64,000 nt of DNA from an uncultured Candidatus Saccharibacteria bacterium (GCA_964532425.1 CAZHIA010000005.1:2772-66771), one strand, 5' to 3'. Shown: positions 7,507 through 16,276, counted from the first letter of the stretch. Notes: a model not told the origin generated them from the letters alone. Translations and numbers: made by a program.

Positions 7507-9249
7507 TTAGGATTCGTCGCCCATCTGCGCGTCGCTGACGGCTTGCCCCGGCACCTCTAAAGGTGCCTGGGTCTGCCGGTCCTCTCGTGCCGCAAGTTGC
7601 ATCCTGCTAATCTCCCGAACTTGGCTTGCGCCGCCTTCGAGCATCAACGGAATGTACTTAACGACCGAGTCGCTCCATCCGTAGATGAAGTGAACGCCCG
7701 GTTCGCCGAACGGTGCAACAGCCGCTTTGTACGGCGCGATGGTCACCAGGAACGCTTGCGCGTCCTGGTTCACTTCGCGCTTGTACTGGCGCCATTGATC
7801 GAGGAATGAACCAGAGCAATCGTAATCGCTCTGGCCATACGCCCAATCAACGTTGTCGGTGATGCCGATGAACGCATCCACGCGAACCTTACGTTCGCGC
7901 AAATACTGGATCGGCGCCCCGACAGCCGTGCTGCCACCGCAGTACCCAGCAAGTCGTTGCGTGACGGACATAATGTCGTCACGCTTCGACAGGCCATGGT
8001 CCGGGTGAACCCATCCGTCGAACGGGAGCAGGACAGCCCGATTCTCGATGCGCCGCAATAGTGCGCCGGAAAGGATACCACAGATATCGATGTAACGCGC
8101 AGTCCCCTTTTGGGAGACCCGCGAACTCATCGAGCCCGAGACATCAGATCCGATCGCAACCGTGCGGCTGCCGAAAGACGGCATGCAGGCAAAGGAAAGG
8201 TTCAGCGCTTCGCGGAGAGCATCCGCAATGCGGCTGTCCGGTTCCCAGTTGCCCGCGTGCACAGGTAGCTCGTCGTCAAACAGGGAATCAAATTCATTCC
8301 CTGCGCCGGACGAGTACTTCTTCCAGGCATCGAAAAACCGGAACGGCAGAACCTTCGAACGCTCGACCGCCTGAGGTGAGGTGAGCTTTTCCACCGCCAC
8401 CGCTACACTCTTCTCGTCCGCGAATACTCCATGGCGCGTAAACGCCGCGAGCATGCGCAGGAGATTCATGTACGGGGCTTGGCGAAGCAGCTCTTCCCAG
8501 ATCCTCAACGTCATCCGCTTCATTGCGGGAGCGACGACTTCGTACGGCAACCGGCCATCCTGAATCAGGGTGGCGGCTTCGTACTCAGTTGTCGCCCGCT
8601 TTAAAGCTTCGAACGCGCGGATCTGCGGGTTCAGTGCGGGATCGCTCCCGAGCGCATTCCCCCTTCGTACCAGCCAGTCGAGACGCTCGGCGACCGCGGC
8701 CGTTGCAGGGCGCGGGTGGGTCATGCGAATGAGATCGCGGAGTACGATGCCCTTGGACCGCTTGGATCCGTACTTCAGGGCATGGTATTCCGAGATGTTC
8801 GCAAGCCACCGTGCCACCGCTTTGGCAGCGTAACCGCCGAGGCCACGTTTGCCGGGGATCTGGCCCGAGATCAGGAAAGTTGAAAACTTTCGCAGATCGT
8901 CAGGAAGCAGAACCACGCGGTCGAACGCAGCTTCGAAAGCCTCGCGGGTTTTCCCGCGGCCGGCTGCGAGCAAGGCCAGCGCCTTGACGTTCTGATCCTT
9001 AATGAGCCCCTTGGTGCGGCCGTAGACAACGGCCTTGGCCAGGAACTCCGGATCAGTGTCGCGCGCTCCGATGATCGTCTCCTGCCACTGTTCGTCGAGT
9101 TGACGCTTGGTGGCATAGAACGTATCACCGAAGACACCGACTGTCAGGAGCTGAACTACGCGCTCGCGCAGCGATCGGTTGTAGGCGGGCGCCCCCTCGT
9201 GGTTCACAAGGGACGCCTGGACATTGGCGAGAGTCGAAGTCTGTGTCAT
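7507..9249 (-). CDS. rsr: Ro60/Rsr ortholog (TROVE domain + C-terminal vWA with MIDAS DVSGSMSS)
   Basis: The N-terminus NHEGAPAYNRSLRERVVQLLTVGVFGDTFYATKRQL parallels the Rsr motif NxAGGFVY..RLDRFLILGSEGGTYY. The MIDAS-type motif IGSDVSGSMSS is present. SD AAGGAG before comp. ATG 9249. Confidence 0.82.
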   Translation of the reverse strand: MTQTSTLANVQASLVNHEGAPAYNRSLRERVVQLLTVGVFGDTFYATKRQLDEQWQETIIGARDTDPEFLAKAVVYGRTKGLIKDQNVKALALLAAGRGKTREAFEAAFDRVVLLPDDLRKFSTFLISGQIPGKRGLGGYAAKAVARWLANISEYHALKYGSKRSKGIVLRDLIRMTHPRPATAAVAERLDWLVRRGNALGSDPALNPQIRAFEALKRATTEYEAATLIQDGRLPYEVVAPAMKRMTLRIWEELLRQAPYMNLLRMLAAFTRHGVFADEKSVAVAVEKLTSPQAVERSKVLPFRFFDAWKKYSSGAGNEFDSLFDDELPVHAGNWEPDSRIADALREALNLSFACMPSFGSRTVAIGSDVSGSMSSRVSQKGTARYIDICGILSGALLRRIENRAVLLPFDGWVHPDHGLSKRDDIMSVTQRLAGYCGGSTAVGAPIQYLRERKVRVDAFIGITDNVDWAYGQSDYDCSGSFLDQWRQYKREVNQDAQAFLVTIAPYKAAVAPFGEPGVHFIYGWSDSVVKYIPLMLEGGASQVREISRMQLAAREDRQTQAPLEVPGQAVSDAQMGDES

Positions 9250-9303
9250 CTGAAATCTCCTTTTCTCGATGGGATGTCCGAAGCGCCTTGGGCGCTTGGT
9301 CTT

Positions 9304-9497
9304 CTTGCGGGAAGAGTTTTGTCCAAAATGATAGCGATGTTATACGGCGTCATGCTGAGCCTGCCTGCCGGCAGGCAGGTGCATCCGAAGCATCTCTCTT
9401 ACAAGCGAAGAGATTCTTCGATCGTCCGCTGAAGCGGACTTCCTCAGAATGACGCCTGTATCGTAAACATGTTTTTTAGACAAAACTCTTCCCGCAA
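9304..9497. repeat. MITE-like element with terminal inverted repeats GGCGTCATnCTGAG (core 9346-9456) nested in longer 57-bp imperfect inverted arms
   Basis: Second copy in opposite orientation at 43034-43126 shares the 14-bp terminal repeats and the internal word CCGAAGCATCTCT(CT)TAC. Internal perfect palindrome CCTGCCTGCCGGCAGGCAGG. Confidence 0.65.
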
Positions 9498-10286
9498 TAT
9501 TTCAAAGTGCAAAAGGCTAATAAAAACAGGTATCGCAAAAATGCGTATACCCGATTTACTTTCCTTTACCAGAATCGCTACCTGTATACCGATCCTGATA
9601 AAGGAGGGGTGGCTTTTCGGGCCACCCCACAGGTGTCGCCCCCGATCTTCGGGCAGCGAGTTCCCATGGTTCCTCCTTTTAGGCATGATTGTCTCGAAGT
9701 ACCCCCAACGAGCAGTCCTCCCCCCCGATTTGCACCGGGGATCAATGGACATATTTGCACAAGGCTTGTATTCGTCAATTGGATTGAAGTAGCCTCGTGG
9801 TGTATTCCTCCTCCCGCTTTACTGTTACGGGGATCAACGGATATTGTGCTAGGGGTGGTGTAGCTGTTTGCGGCGGGCCGGACCTCGTAGGCACTTTCCG
9901 GGCGCGTTTCGCCCGGCTCCCCGTCTGGTCCGCAAGGCCGCCCCGCTCTTTCACGAGAGGGACGGCAGACGATGTATTTGTCGAAGTATCCTCGCTTTGC
10001 TGTTCTCGTCCTTCGGTTTCTCTCGAGCTCTCATTCCATCCTCAGAACTTGCCAGCCGCTGCTGGACAAGCCGCCTTAAGATGATTTGATCTCGAAAGAA
10101 ACGGGTGAAGGAGTCAACGAACGAATTCGCAAGGAGTAAAGGCTTCGAGAAATATCCCGCCGCTTTTGCCCCAGGGATTTCAGGTCGGGCCGGATCATCC
10201 GGCTTGCCCTGCCCTGGTTTTACCTGCTCTCGATGAACAGGCGGCTCAGCTCCCTTTCGGGAAAGCTTTTGGGGCATGTTTTGATT

Positions 10287-10392
10287 GTCATTGCGAATCC
10301 AGAAATTTTTAAGCAATAAAATTTCAGGATGAAGCAATCTAAACACCTCAGAGTTGAAGATTGCTTCGTCGGATGCACTCCTCGCAATGACA
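10287..10392. repeat. structured element B, paralogue of element A (5031-5132)
   Basis: Same 10-bp termini GTCATTGCGA/TCGCAATGAC. P1-like stem CCAGAAATTTT/AAAATTTCAGG and an 8-bp GAAGCAAT/ATTGCTTC stem. Additional flanking inverted repeat GAAAGCTTTTGG/CCAAAAGCTTTC. Confidence 0.55.
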
Positions 10393-10995
10393 AAATGTAA
10401 CGTGAACCAAAAGCTTTCCCGAATAATATAGATAGATTGATAAAGATCTTTTTGTTTATTCCTCCCTAAGGCCTACCATAATCGGGTTAATGGCAGGCTT
10501 TGGGCAAGAATAAATGGGCATAATAAAACCGGGATACGGTAATCCTGTTCAGCAATTTGGATTGTCCGTGGTCCCGATTTATAGTTAGCATCTTTTCCAG
10601 TCGCCTGAAGCAGGTAAGGACTCTGGGCTCGCCCCGTTCCCGCCTCTGGCGGGTGCAATAATGCAATAATTGGACGGCTTAACTTTCCTCGGGCTTCAGG
10701 CTGACCGGAACGTGATGTTAATGAATTTTGACAAAGTGCTTTTTGTTTAATTTCAGCTTGCTCGGGTATGCTAGCAGAAAAATAGAGAGTTGTCAAGAGG
10801 TTTTAACAAAAAATTTCCAAAATATAGAAATACCCAATAAACAAGCATAAATTATGACATATATTGTGTTGAAAATAGATATCAAAATGTATGTATTTAA
10901 AGATTTAATGATTGAAAATTTAAAGATTGAGCACTTTCCTTCAACTGCGATTTTAAACCTAATAATCTCAATTTTAAAATATTTGTTAATAGGTA

Positions 10996-11024
10996 TTGAC
11001 AAAATATTGAATCTATGCTAATAT
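10996..11024 (+). promoter_or_regulatory. consensus sigma-70 promoter: TTGACA, 17-bp spacer, TAATAT, preceded by 200-bp AT-rich island
   Basis: TTGACA 10996-11001 and TAATAT 11019-11024. The upstream region 10800-10995 is extremely AT-rich (UP-element-like). Confidence 0.6.
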
Positions 11025-11030
11025 TTGTTC

Positions 11031-11192
11031 AGCTCAGTAAAGCCGGAAATTAGCAGTCTCCGGCCTCGGAAACTCAGATTGCGGTTGAATTCGACGGCAC
11101 AGGAGGTGCTCTTTATGGGTTCTTAAAAGCGGGACGGCCCCGCATCCATCCTTCGCGTTCGATTCGTCGGGCGCGGGGCCGGGATCCCCTTT
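11031..11192 (+). ncRNA. candidate small ncRNA (~160 nt), promoter-to-terminator, no ORF. Possible Y-RNA-like transcript given rsr proximity
   Basis: Starts about 7 nt after -10. Hairpin GCCGGA...TCCGGC. Words GGTTGAATTCGACGG and GCGTTCGATTCG (T-loop-like TTCGATT). Terminal stem CGGCCCCGC/GCGGGGCCG followed by TTTT (11189-11192). Confidence 0.4.
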
Positions 11193-11810
11193 TAAACCTA
11201 TAGAAGCGCCTAAATCAATAAGGAGGTAGAAATATGGGCGGGTTATGAACAACACCGCGTTGGGTTGGTTTATTTTAAAGAGTGTTTGCTGGGGAAATGC
11301 CACCATGGAACGGCTACACACTCCCAGGCGATTACTCGAGAAGTGAACCCAGGAAAGGGTCAGAATGTATATTCGTCGATTTTTTGACCGACTTAGTCGG
11401 TTAGCGAAGAGTACGTAGCCACCCGAAGGGTGGCCATTAACCAATCCACTGATTGTCCGCATGAGAGTCCGGCCGGAAACGCACAAGCATAGCTGCAATT
11501 CCCCCGGACTCTTCTCATATATATTGCTTTGGTGTACTATTTTAGTATAATAGCTTGCGATTGGTATTTTGTAACAGCCGCATTAGGGTGTGGGTCTATG
11601 AAATTCTAAATCTTAATTACGAAATTCTAAACAAATCACAAATCCCAAATTAGAAAATCTCAAACGGAGAGGTTTGGAATTTGAGTTTTGTAATTTGAAA
11701 TTTGTTTAGAATTTAGGATTTCGATATTCGAATTTTCTGACAATATTTTTTGAACATTAAATATTTCCGCGTTTGATCAGCGTTGCTATCGCGTCTGATC
11801 CGCGATCCAT

Positions 11811-12590
11811 ATGAACTTACTTCAAGAACTGCAAAATATTGGCCTAAGTGACAAGGAGGCCAAGGTTTACCTCGCCAATCTGGAGTTGGGCCAGTCTTCG
11901 GTTCAGAATATTGCCAAGAAGGCAGGAGTCAACCGGGCGACCACGTATGTCATTCTGAACTCGCTGATCAAGAAAGGTTTATGCAGTACCTTTGAACAGG
12001 ACAAGAAAACATTGTATGTCGCTTCGGATCCAAATCTGCTTGAAGGCGTTTTTGAAGTCCAAAAAAAGGAGCTGGAAGAGAAGCAAAGATATTTCCAGAC
12101 CATTGTTCCCCAGCTGAACCTCATTAACAACCGCCAGACCGACAAGCCCAAAGTAAAATTTTTTGAAGGCAAACAAGGGTTGATTAACTGCTTCATAGAG
12201 TTTACGGGCTACAATGGGGGTAAAGATGATTATTTCCGGTTGGCATTCCATCGTGATCGTTTAGAAAAGATTTTTACACCCGAAGAGAATGCGCGTTTTC
12301 GCGAAATGAGAAAGAAGAACCAGGGCAGCAGCAAAAGCAAAGTTTTATACAATAGCAAAGTACCAATTTCAGACACCACTGATGCCTTGCGCATACGACT
12401 GGATGAAGATAAATTCCCCCTGCCATGCGACATTGGAGTATTTGGAGATAATATCCGCATCCTCTCCGAAAGCAAGGAACTTTCCGGTATCCTTATTGTT
12501 GACCATGATATTGCCACCACCCTCCGTTCCCTCTTTGAGCTAGCCTGGGAAGCGGCTGAAGCCCGGGCGAAAAAATCCAAAGCAAGTTAA
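11811..12590 (+). CDS. TrmB-family transcriptional regulator (N-terminal wHTH)
   Basis: N-terminus LSDKEAKVYLANLELGQSSVQNIAKKAGVNRATTYVILNSLIKKGL resembles the TrmB/ArsR-type HTH. Upstream region has tandem and inverted AT-rich repeats. Confidence 0.65.
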   Translation: MNLLQELQNIGLSDKEAKVYLANLELGQSSVQNIAKKAGVNRATTYVILNSLIKKGLCSTFEQDKKTLYVASDPNLLEGVFEVQKKELEEKQRYFQTIVPQLNLINNRQTDKPKVKFFEGKQGLINCFIEFTGYNGGKDDYFRLAFHRDRLEKIFTPEENARFREMRKKNQGSSKSKVLYNSKVPISDTTDALRIRLDEDKFPLPCDIGVFGDNIRILSESKELSGILIVDHDIATTLRSLFELAWEAAEARAKKSKAS

Positions 12591-12600
12591 ATGCATTTAA

Positions 12601-12640
12601 AAACCACCCCGATCTCTGGAACAGAGGCGGGGTGGTTTTC
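12601..12640 (+). terminator. terminator after TrmB-like gene
   Basis: AACCACCCCG...CGGGGTGGTTTTCTTT. Confidence 0.6.
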
Positions 12641-13127
12641 TTTCCTTTTCCCGATATACCAATCAGCAATTGATATTTCAAGAGGAGGAAGGAAGACTGC
12701 TTCCTTTCACGAATTGGCGACGGATCGCCCTGCATAAAATAGCGGTTCCTCCTTACTACATTCACATACTGTCTCACGACAGTTATCCATAATATAAAAT
12801 AACACTGTACGCTTTGTTGCCTGGATCTCGAAGGATCTCGTGCAATATATTTCAGCGTAGCCGCTGGCGTTTACCGTTTACTGGTTCTTTTTGGCTTTCA
12901 TAGCCTCAAGAGCTGCCTTGCGGCTAAAGTAAACGATTCCGTCAACGACGTAGTACGTATCAGCTGTGTTATTCATATTATGAAGGTGCTTGCGTGGCAC
13001 CGTTTGGATTTGCCCGCAGGCGCGGTGCCTTATGTAACCTACCACATCATTGCTGTTCCGGTCAACCTGCAGCCTTGTAAAATGTCGATAAAAATGATAT
13101 ATTTCACTGAGTTATAGTACAAACTTT

Positions 13128-14198
13128 ATGGAACCAGCCTTACAGAAAATTTTAGACGAATATCATCAAATCACGGAACAAATGTCATCCGGGAACGGTT
13201 TTGACTTGGCTCGCCTCGGCAAGCGCCAGTCCGAACTTTTGCCGACCGTGGAAAAAATTCAGGACCTGGCCGCCAAAGAAGCTGAAAAAGCCGATAATGA
13301 AAAATTACTGGATGACGCAGATTCGGAAATCAAATCCATGGCTTTGGACGAGATAAAACGGCTGGAGTCAGAAATCTTGAATTTGCAATCGGAAATCGAA
13401 AACGATTTGATTCCCCGCGACCAGGACGATGACAAGGATGCCATATTGGAAATTCGCGCCGGAGCAGGCGGGGACGAATCCACGCTGTTCGCCGCGGAAA
13501 TGTTTCGCGCCTATGGAAAATTTGCCGAAGAGAACGGTTGGAAGCTGCATATTGTCTCCTCGTCAAAATCCGATGCCGGGGGCTTTAAGGAAGTCATTGC
13601 CGAAATTCATGGACGCCCCAGCCAGCAAGCCGGTCCATATTCTAAATTTAAATACGAGAGCGGAGTGCATCGTGTACAGCGGGTACCGGACACGGAAAAA
13701 GCCGGCCGTGTGCATACGTCTACCATTACGGTGGCAGTTTTGCCGATATTGGAAGAAAAAGATTATTCCATCGCGGAAAAAGATTTGAAAATAGAAGCCA
13801 CGACTTCCAGCGGCCATGGCGGGCAGTCGGTAAACACAACGTACTCGGCCATAAGAATTCTGCACATTCCCACCGGCATCACCGCGCAGTGCCAGGATGA
13901 GCGCAGCCAGGCACAAAATCGGGAGAAGGCCATGGCCGTAATCCGCGCTCGCGTCGCAGCGCATTACCGCGAAATAGAGGAAAAGAAAGTCCGTGACCTC
14001 ACAAAATCCCAAATCGGCACCGGTGACCGCAGCGAAAAGATCCGCACATACAACTTCCCGCAGGACCGCGTGACTGACCATCGCATTAACCAGAACTTCA
14101 ACCAGATCAATCTCATCATGGAAGGAAAGCTGGAAGACATTACCTCTTCTCTGCAAAAAGCGGACCTGGCAGCCAAGAAGGAAGCGTTAAAAAAATGA
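13128..14198 (+). CDS. prfA: peptide chain release factor 1 (GGQ motif present; tripeptide PDT at the PxT position)
   Basis: SSGHGGQSVNTT and RVQRVPDTEKAGRVHTSTITVAVLP are present. Followed by prmC as in the classical prfA-prmC operon. Confidence 0.9.
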   Translation: MEPALQKILDEYHQITEQMSSGNGFDLARLGKRQSELLPTVEKIQDLAAKEAEKADNEKLLDDADSEIKSMALDEIKRLESEILNLQSEIENDLIPRDQDDDKDAILEIRAGAGGDESTLFAAEMFRAYGKFAEENGWKLHIVSSSKSDAGGFKEVIAEIHGRPSQQAGPYSKFKYESGVHRVQRVPDTEKAGRVHTSTITVAVLPILEEKDYSIAEKDLKIEATTSSGHGGQSVNTTYSAIRILHIPTGITAQCQDERSQAQNREKAMAVIRARVAAHYREIEEKKVRDLTKSQIGTGDRSEKIRTYNFPQDRVTDHRINQNFNQINLIMEGKLEDITSSLQKADLAAKKEALKK

Positions 14199-14224
14199 TC
14201 AATATTAAATAAGATCGAACGAGA

Positions 14225-15112
14225 TTGACGATTCGGGAAGCTATCACAAAATTTAGACAAGTTGAAATAGAACTCCTTTTGGAACATGTGCTCAATAAAC
14301 CGAAGGAGTTTTTGTTCATGTATCCGAACCATCGATTGACCGGGATTCAAAGTAACAGGTTAGCGCTGATGGTTGCCAGACGTATGAACGGAGAACCGAT
14401 CGCATACATTCTCGGGTACAAAGATTTTTGCGGTTTGCGGTTTAAGGTCAACAAACATGTGTTAATCCCCCGCCCGGAGACGGAGTGGCTGGTGGATCGA
14501 ATCGCGAACGATGTAGTTACCAAGGGAGGGTCTCGACCCTCCCCTACAAAGGCAGTGACGCCCGTCACTATTCTCGATCTTGGTACCGGCTCAGGCTGTA
14601 TTGCTATTATGCTGGCACATAAGCTTGCAGACAGTAGAATTACTTTTGATATCACTGCGTCCGATATCTCCCCTGCCGCCCTGACAGTAGCCCGCTCCAA
14701 TGCAAAAACCATACTTGGAAAAAAGTCCAATAGTCTAAACTATCAGACTATTCGCTTTGTGCGATCTGACTTATTTATAAGAGTCAACGGAATATTTGAC
14801 GTCATTGTTGCAAATTTGCCTTATGTGCCCCGGAAGATCTATCAGAAATTACATCAGAATTTAAAATTCGAGCCAAAAAGCGCGCTCATTGACCCCAAAC
14901 AGGATTTTGGTATATATGAAAGATTTTTGGCACAAGTACCGGAACATGTCCATGACGGGTCAATGATCTATTTGGAAATTGACCCTTTGGCGCGCAAGGT
15001 TATCTCTCAAGCCGTAAAAGAATACCTACCCGGATGGAAAGTAAAGTATTTTAAAGATTTTCGGGGGTTGTGGAGGTATGGAGTGATTTCGCAGAGTGGT
15101 GGTTATTATTAG
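14225..15112 (+). CDS. prmC: release factor glutamine N5-methyltransferase PrmC/HemK (motif IV reads NLPY instead of NPPY)
   Basis: HemK-like N-domain and SAM-binding LDLGTGSGCIA. DVIVANLPYVP aligns to the NPPY catalytic motif. Confidence 0.8.
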   Translation: MTIREAITKFRQVEIELLLEHVLNKPKEFLFMYPNHRLTGIQSNRLALMVARRMNGEPIAYILGYKDFCGLRFKVNKHVLIPRPETEWLVDRIANDVVTKGGSRPSPTKAVTPVTILDLGTGSGCIAIMLAHKLADSRITFDITASDISPAALTVARSNAKTILGKKSNSLNYQTIRFVRSDLFIRVNGIFDVIVANLPYVPRKIYQKLHQNLKFEPKSALIDPKQDFGIYERFLAQVPEHVHDGSMIYLEIDPLARKVISQAVKEYLPGWKVKYFKDFRGLWRYGVISQSGGYY

Positions 15113-15321
15113 AGAATTTTATAATAACAATTGACATGTAACCACTGACCTTTGACCGGCTGCAGTGTAGAAGTTAAATGTTAAATGTCAAAGGTTAATG
15201 GTTTTTCCAGTTCTCATCCTCGATGGTGACCATTAAATCACCATCAGGCTACTGAGAGCAATAGAGTTTTCATTAAAACTCTTTTCCTGTATACTAAAGC
15301 CATAAATAATCTTCGTTTTGT

Positions 15322-16047
15322 ATGGAAATGATCTCGTTTGCCCTTGCTACGTTTTTTTCCACACTATTCGGCGGGTTGCTCGCTGTACGTTTCAAGAATA
15401 AGCTCCATTTGATCATGGGCTTCACTGCCGGTGTCTTGCTTGGCGTGGTGGCATTCGAGATCTTCCCGGAAATTATCCAGCGGGTAGCTGAAGGCAGCTC
15501 CAAGCCAATCGAACCGATGATAGCATTGGTTGTCGGATTTCTCCTTTTCCATATTTTTGAAAAATCCATCGTCATCCACCATGCGCATGAAGGCGACTAT
15601 GCCGACCACAAGCATCCGCATGTGGGTATGCTGGCGGCGATTGCTCTGGCAGCACACAGCTTTATGGACGGTGTCGGTATTGGTCTGGGCTTCCAAGTCA
15701 ATCCCGCGGTTGGACTTCTGGTAGCCGTAGCCGTAATCTCTCATGATTTTACCGACGGTATGAACACGGTGGCTTTGATGCTTAGCCATAACAACACGCC
15801 GCGTCGGTCCAAGCTGTTCCTGGTGTTGGATGCGATAACTCCCCTTTTGGGCGCAATTTCAACATTGTTCTTTACGGTCTCTCCCCATTTTCTCATCTGG
15901 TATTTGGGGTTCTTTGCAGGCTTCCTCCTATACATTGGCGTTAGCGACATCCTTCCCGAAGCTCATAGTAAGCACAGCTCGATCAAATTGATCGGACTAA
16001 CCGTACTGGGAACGTTATTGATTTTCTTGATCTCGCGCGCAGCATAA
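15322..16047 (+). CDS. zupT: ZIP-family metal (zinc) transporter
   Basis: Multi-TM protein with a His-rich loop HHAHEGDYADHKHPH and HSFMDGVGIG...HDFTDG motifs. Confidence 0.75.
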   Translation: MEMISFALATFFSTLFGGLLAVRFKNKLHLIMGFTAGVLLGVVAFEIFPEIIQRVAEGSSKPIEPMIALVVGFLLFHIFEKSIVIHHAHEGDYADHKHPHVGMLAAIALAAHSFMDGVGIGLGFQVNPAVGLLVAVAVISHDFTDGMNTVALMLSHNNTPRRSKLFLVLDAITPLLGAISTLFFTVSPHFLIWYLGFFAGFLLYIGVSDILPEAHSKHSSIKLIGLTVLGTLLIFLISRAA

Positions 16048-16142
16048 GTATATTTGATCAGACGTTATAGCCACTATCGAGAACCGGGTAAATATTTGAC
16101 CTTTGGCCCGTCTCGCCTGGCGAGCCGAGGTGGACCTTTGAC

Positions 16143-16276
16143 TGTAGTGCAGGCCCGTGGCCTGCAATAATGACGATTGTAATAGTGAATAAAAAACAGC
16201 CTCCGAAAGTTCGGAGGCTGTTGTGTTTATAGAACGACCCTGTACATCATGAGGCAGGCCACGGGCCTGCACTACA
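16143..16276. repeat. REP-like inverted pair (GTAGTGCAGGCC-CGT-GGCCTGC / GCAGGCC-ACG-GGCCTGCACTAC) bracketing a terminator hairpin (16193-16228)
   Basis: Same palindromic unit recurs at 42735-42756 and 47437-47457. Inner hairpin AACAGCCTCCGAA-AGT-TCGGAGGCTGTT. Confidence 0.65.

Noticed and set aside
9578-10346. ORFs 9578-9778 (minus), 9951-10346 (minus), 9469-9863 (plus) and 11034-11498 (minus) inside the rsr-adjacent region
   Set aside because: All run through strong hairpins and inverted repeats, have low-complexity or Arg/Pro-rich translations, and lack SDs. The exception is a 29-aa minus frame (ATG comp. 9667) with AAGGAGG, which I regard as too short and hairpin-embedded to call.
10800-11030. 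AT-rich island as chromosomal replication origin
   Set aside because: No dnaA or dnaN nearby and no cluster of DnaA boxes. There is only one TTATCCATA-like 9-mer, at 12781. The island is better explained as an UP-element/promoter region.
11031-11192. tmRNA (ssrA) assignment for the promoter-driven transcript
   Set aside because: Words resembling the tmRNA 5' region (GGTTGAATTCGACGG) are present. There is no tag-peptide reading frame ending in Ala-Ala-stop, no 3' CCA-terminal tRNA-like acceptor/T-arm that pairs, and the length is only ~160 nt.
12493-12777. Minus-strand 94-aa ORF
   Set aside because: It reads through the TrmB-gene terminator hairpin and into the TrmB coding region. The nearest SD is 12 nt from the ATG.
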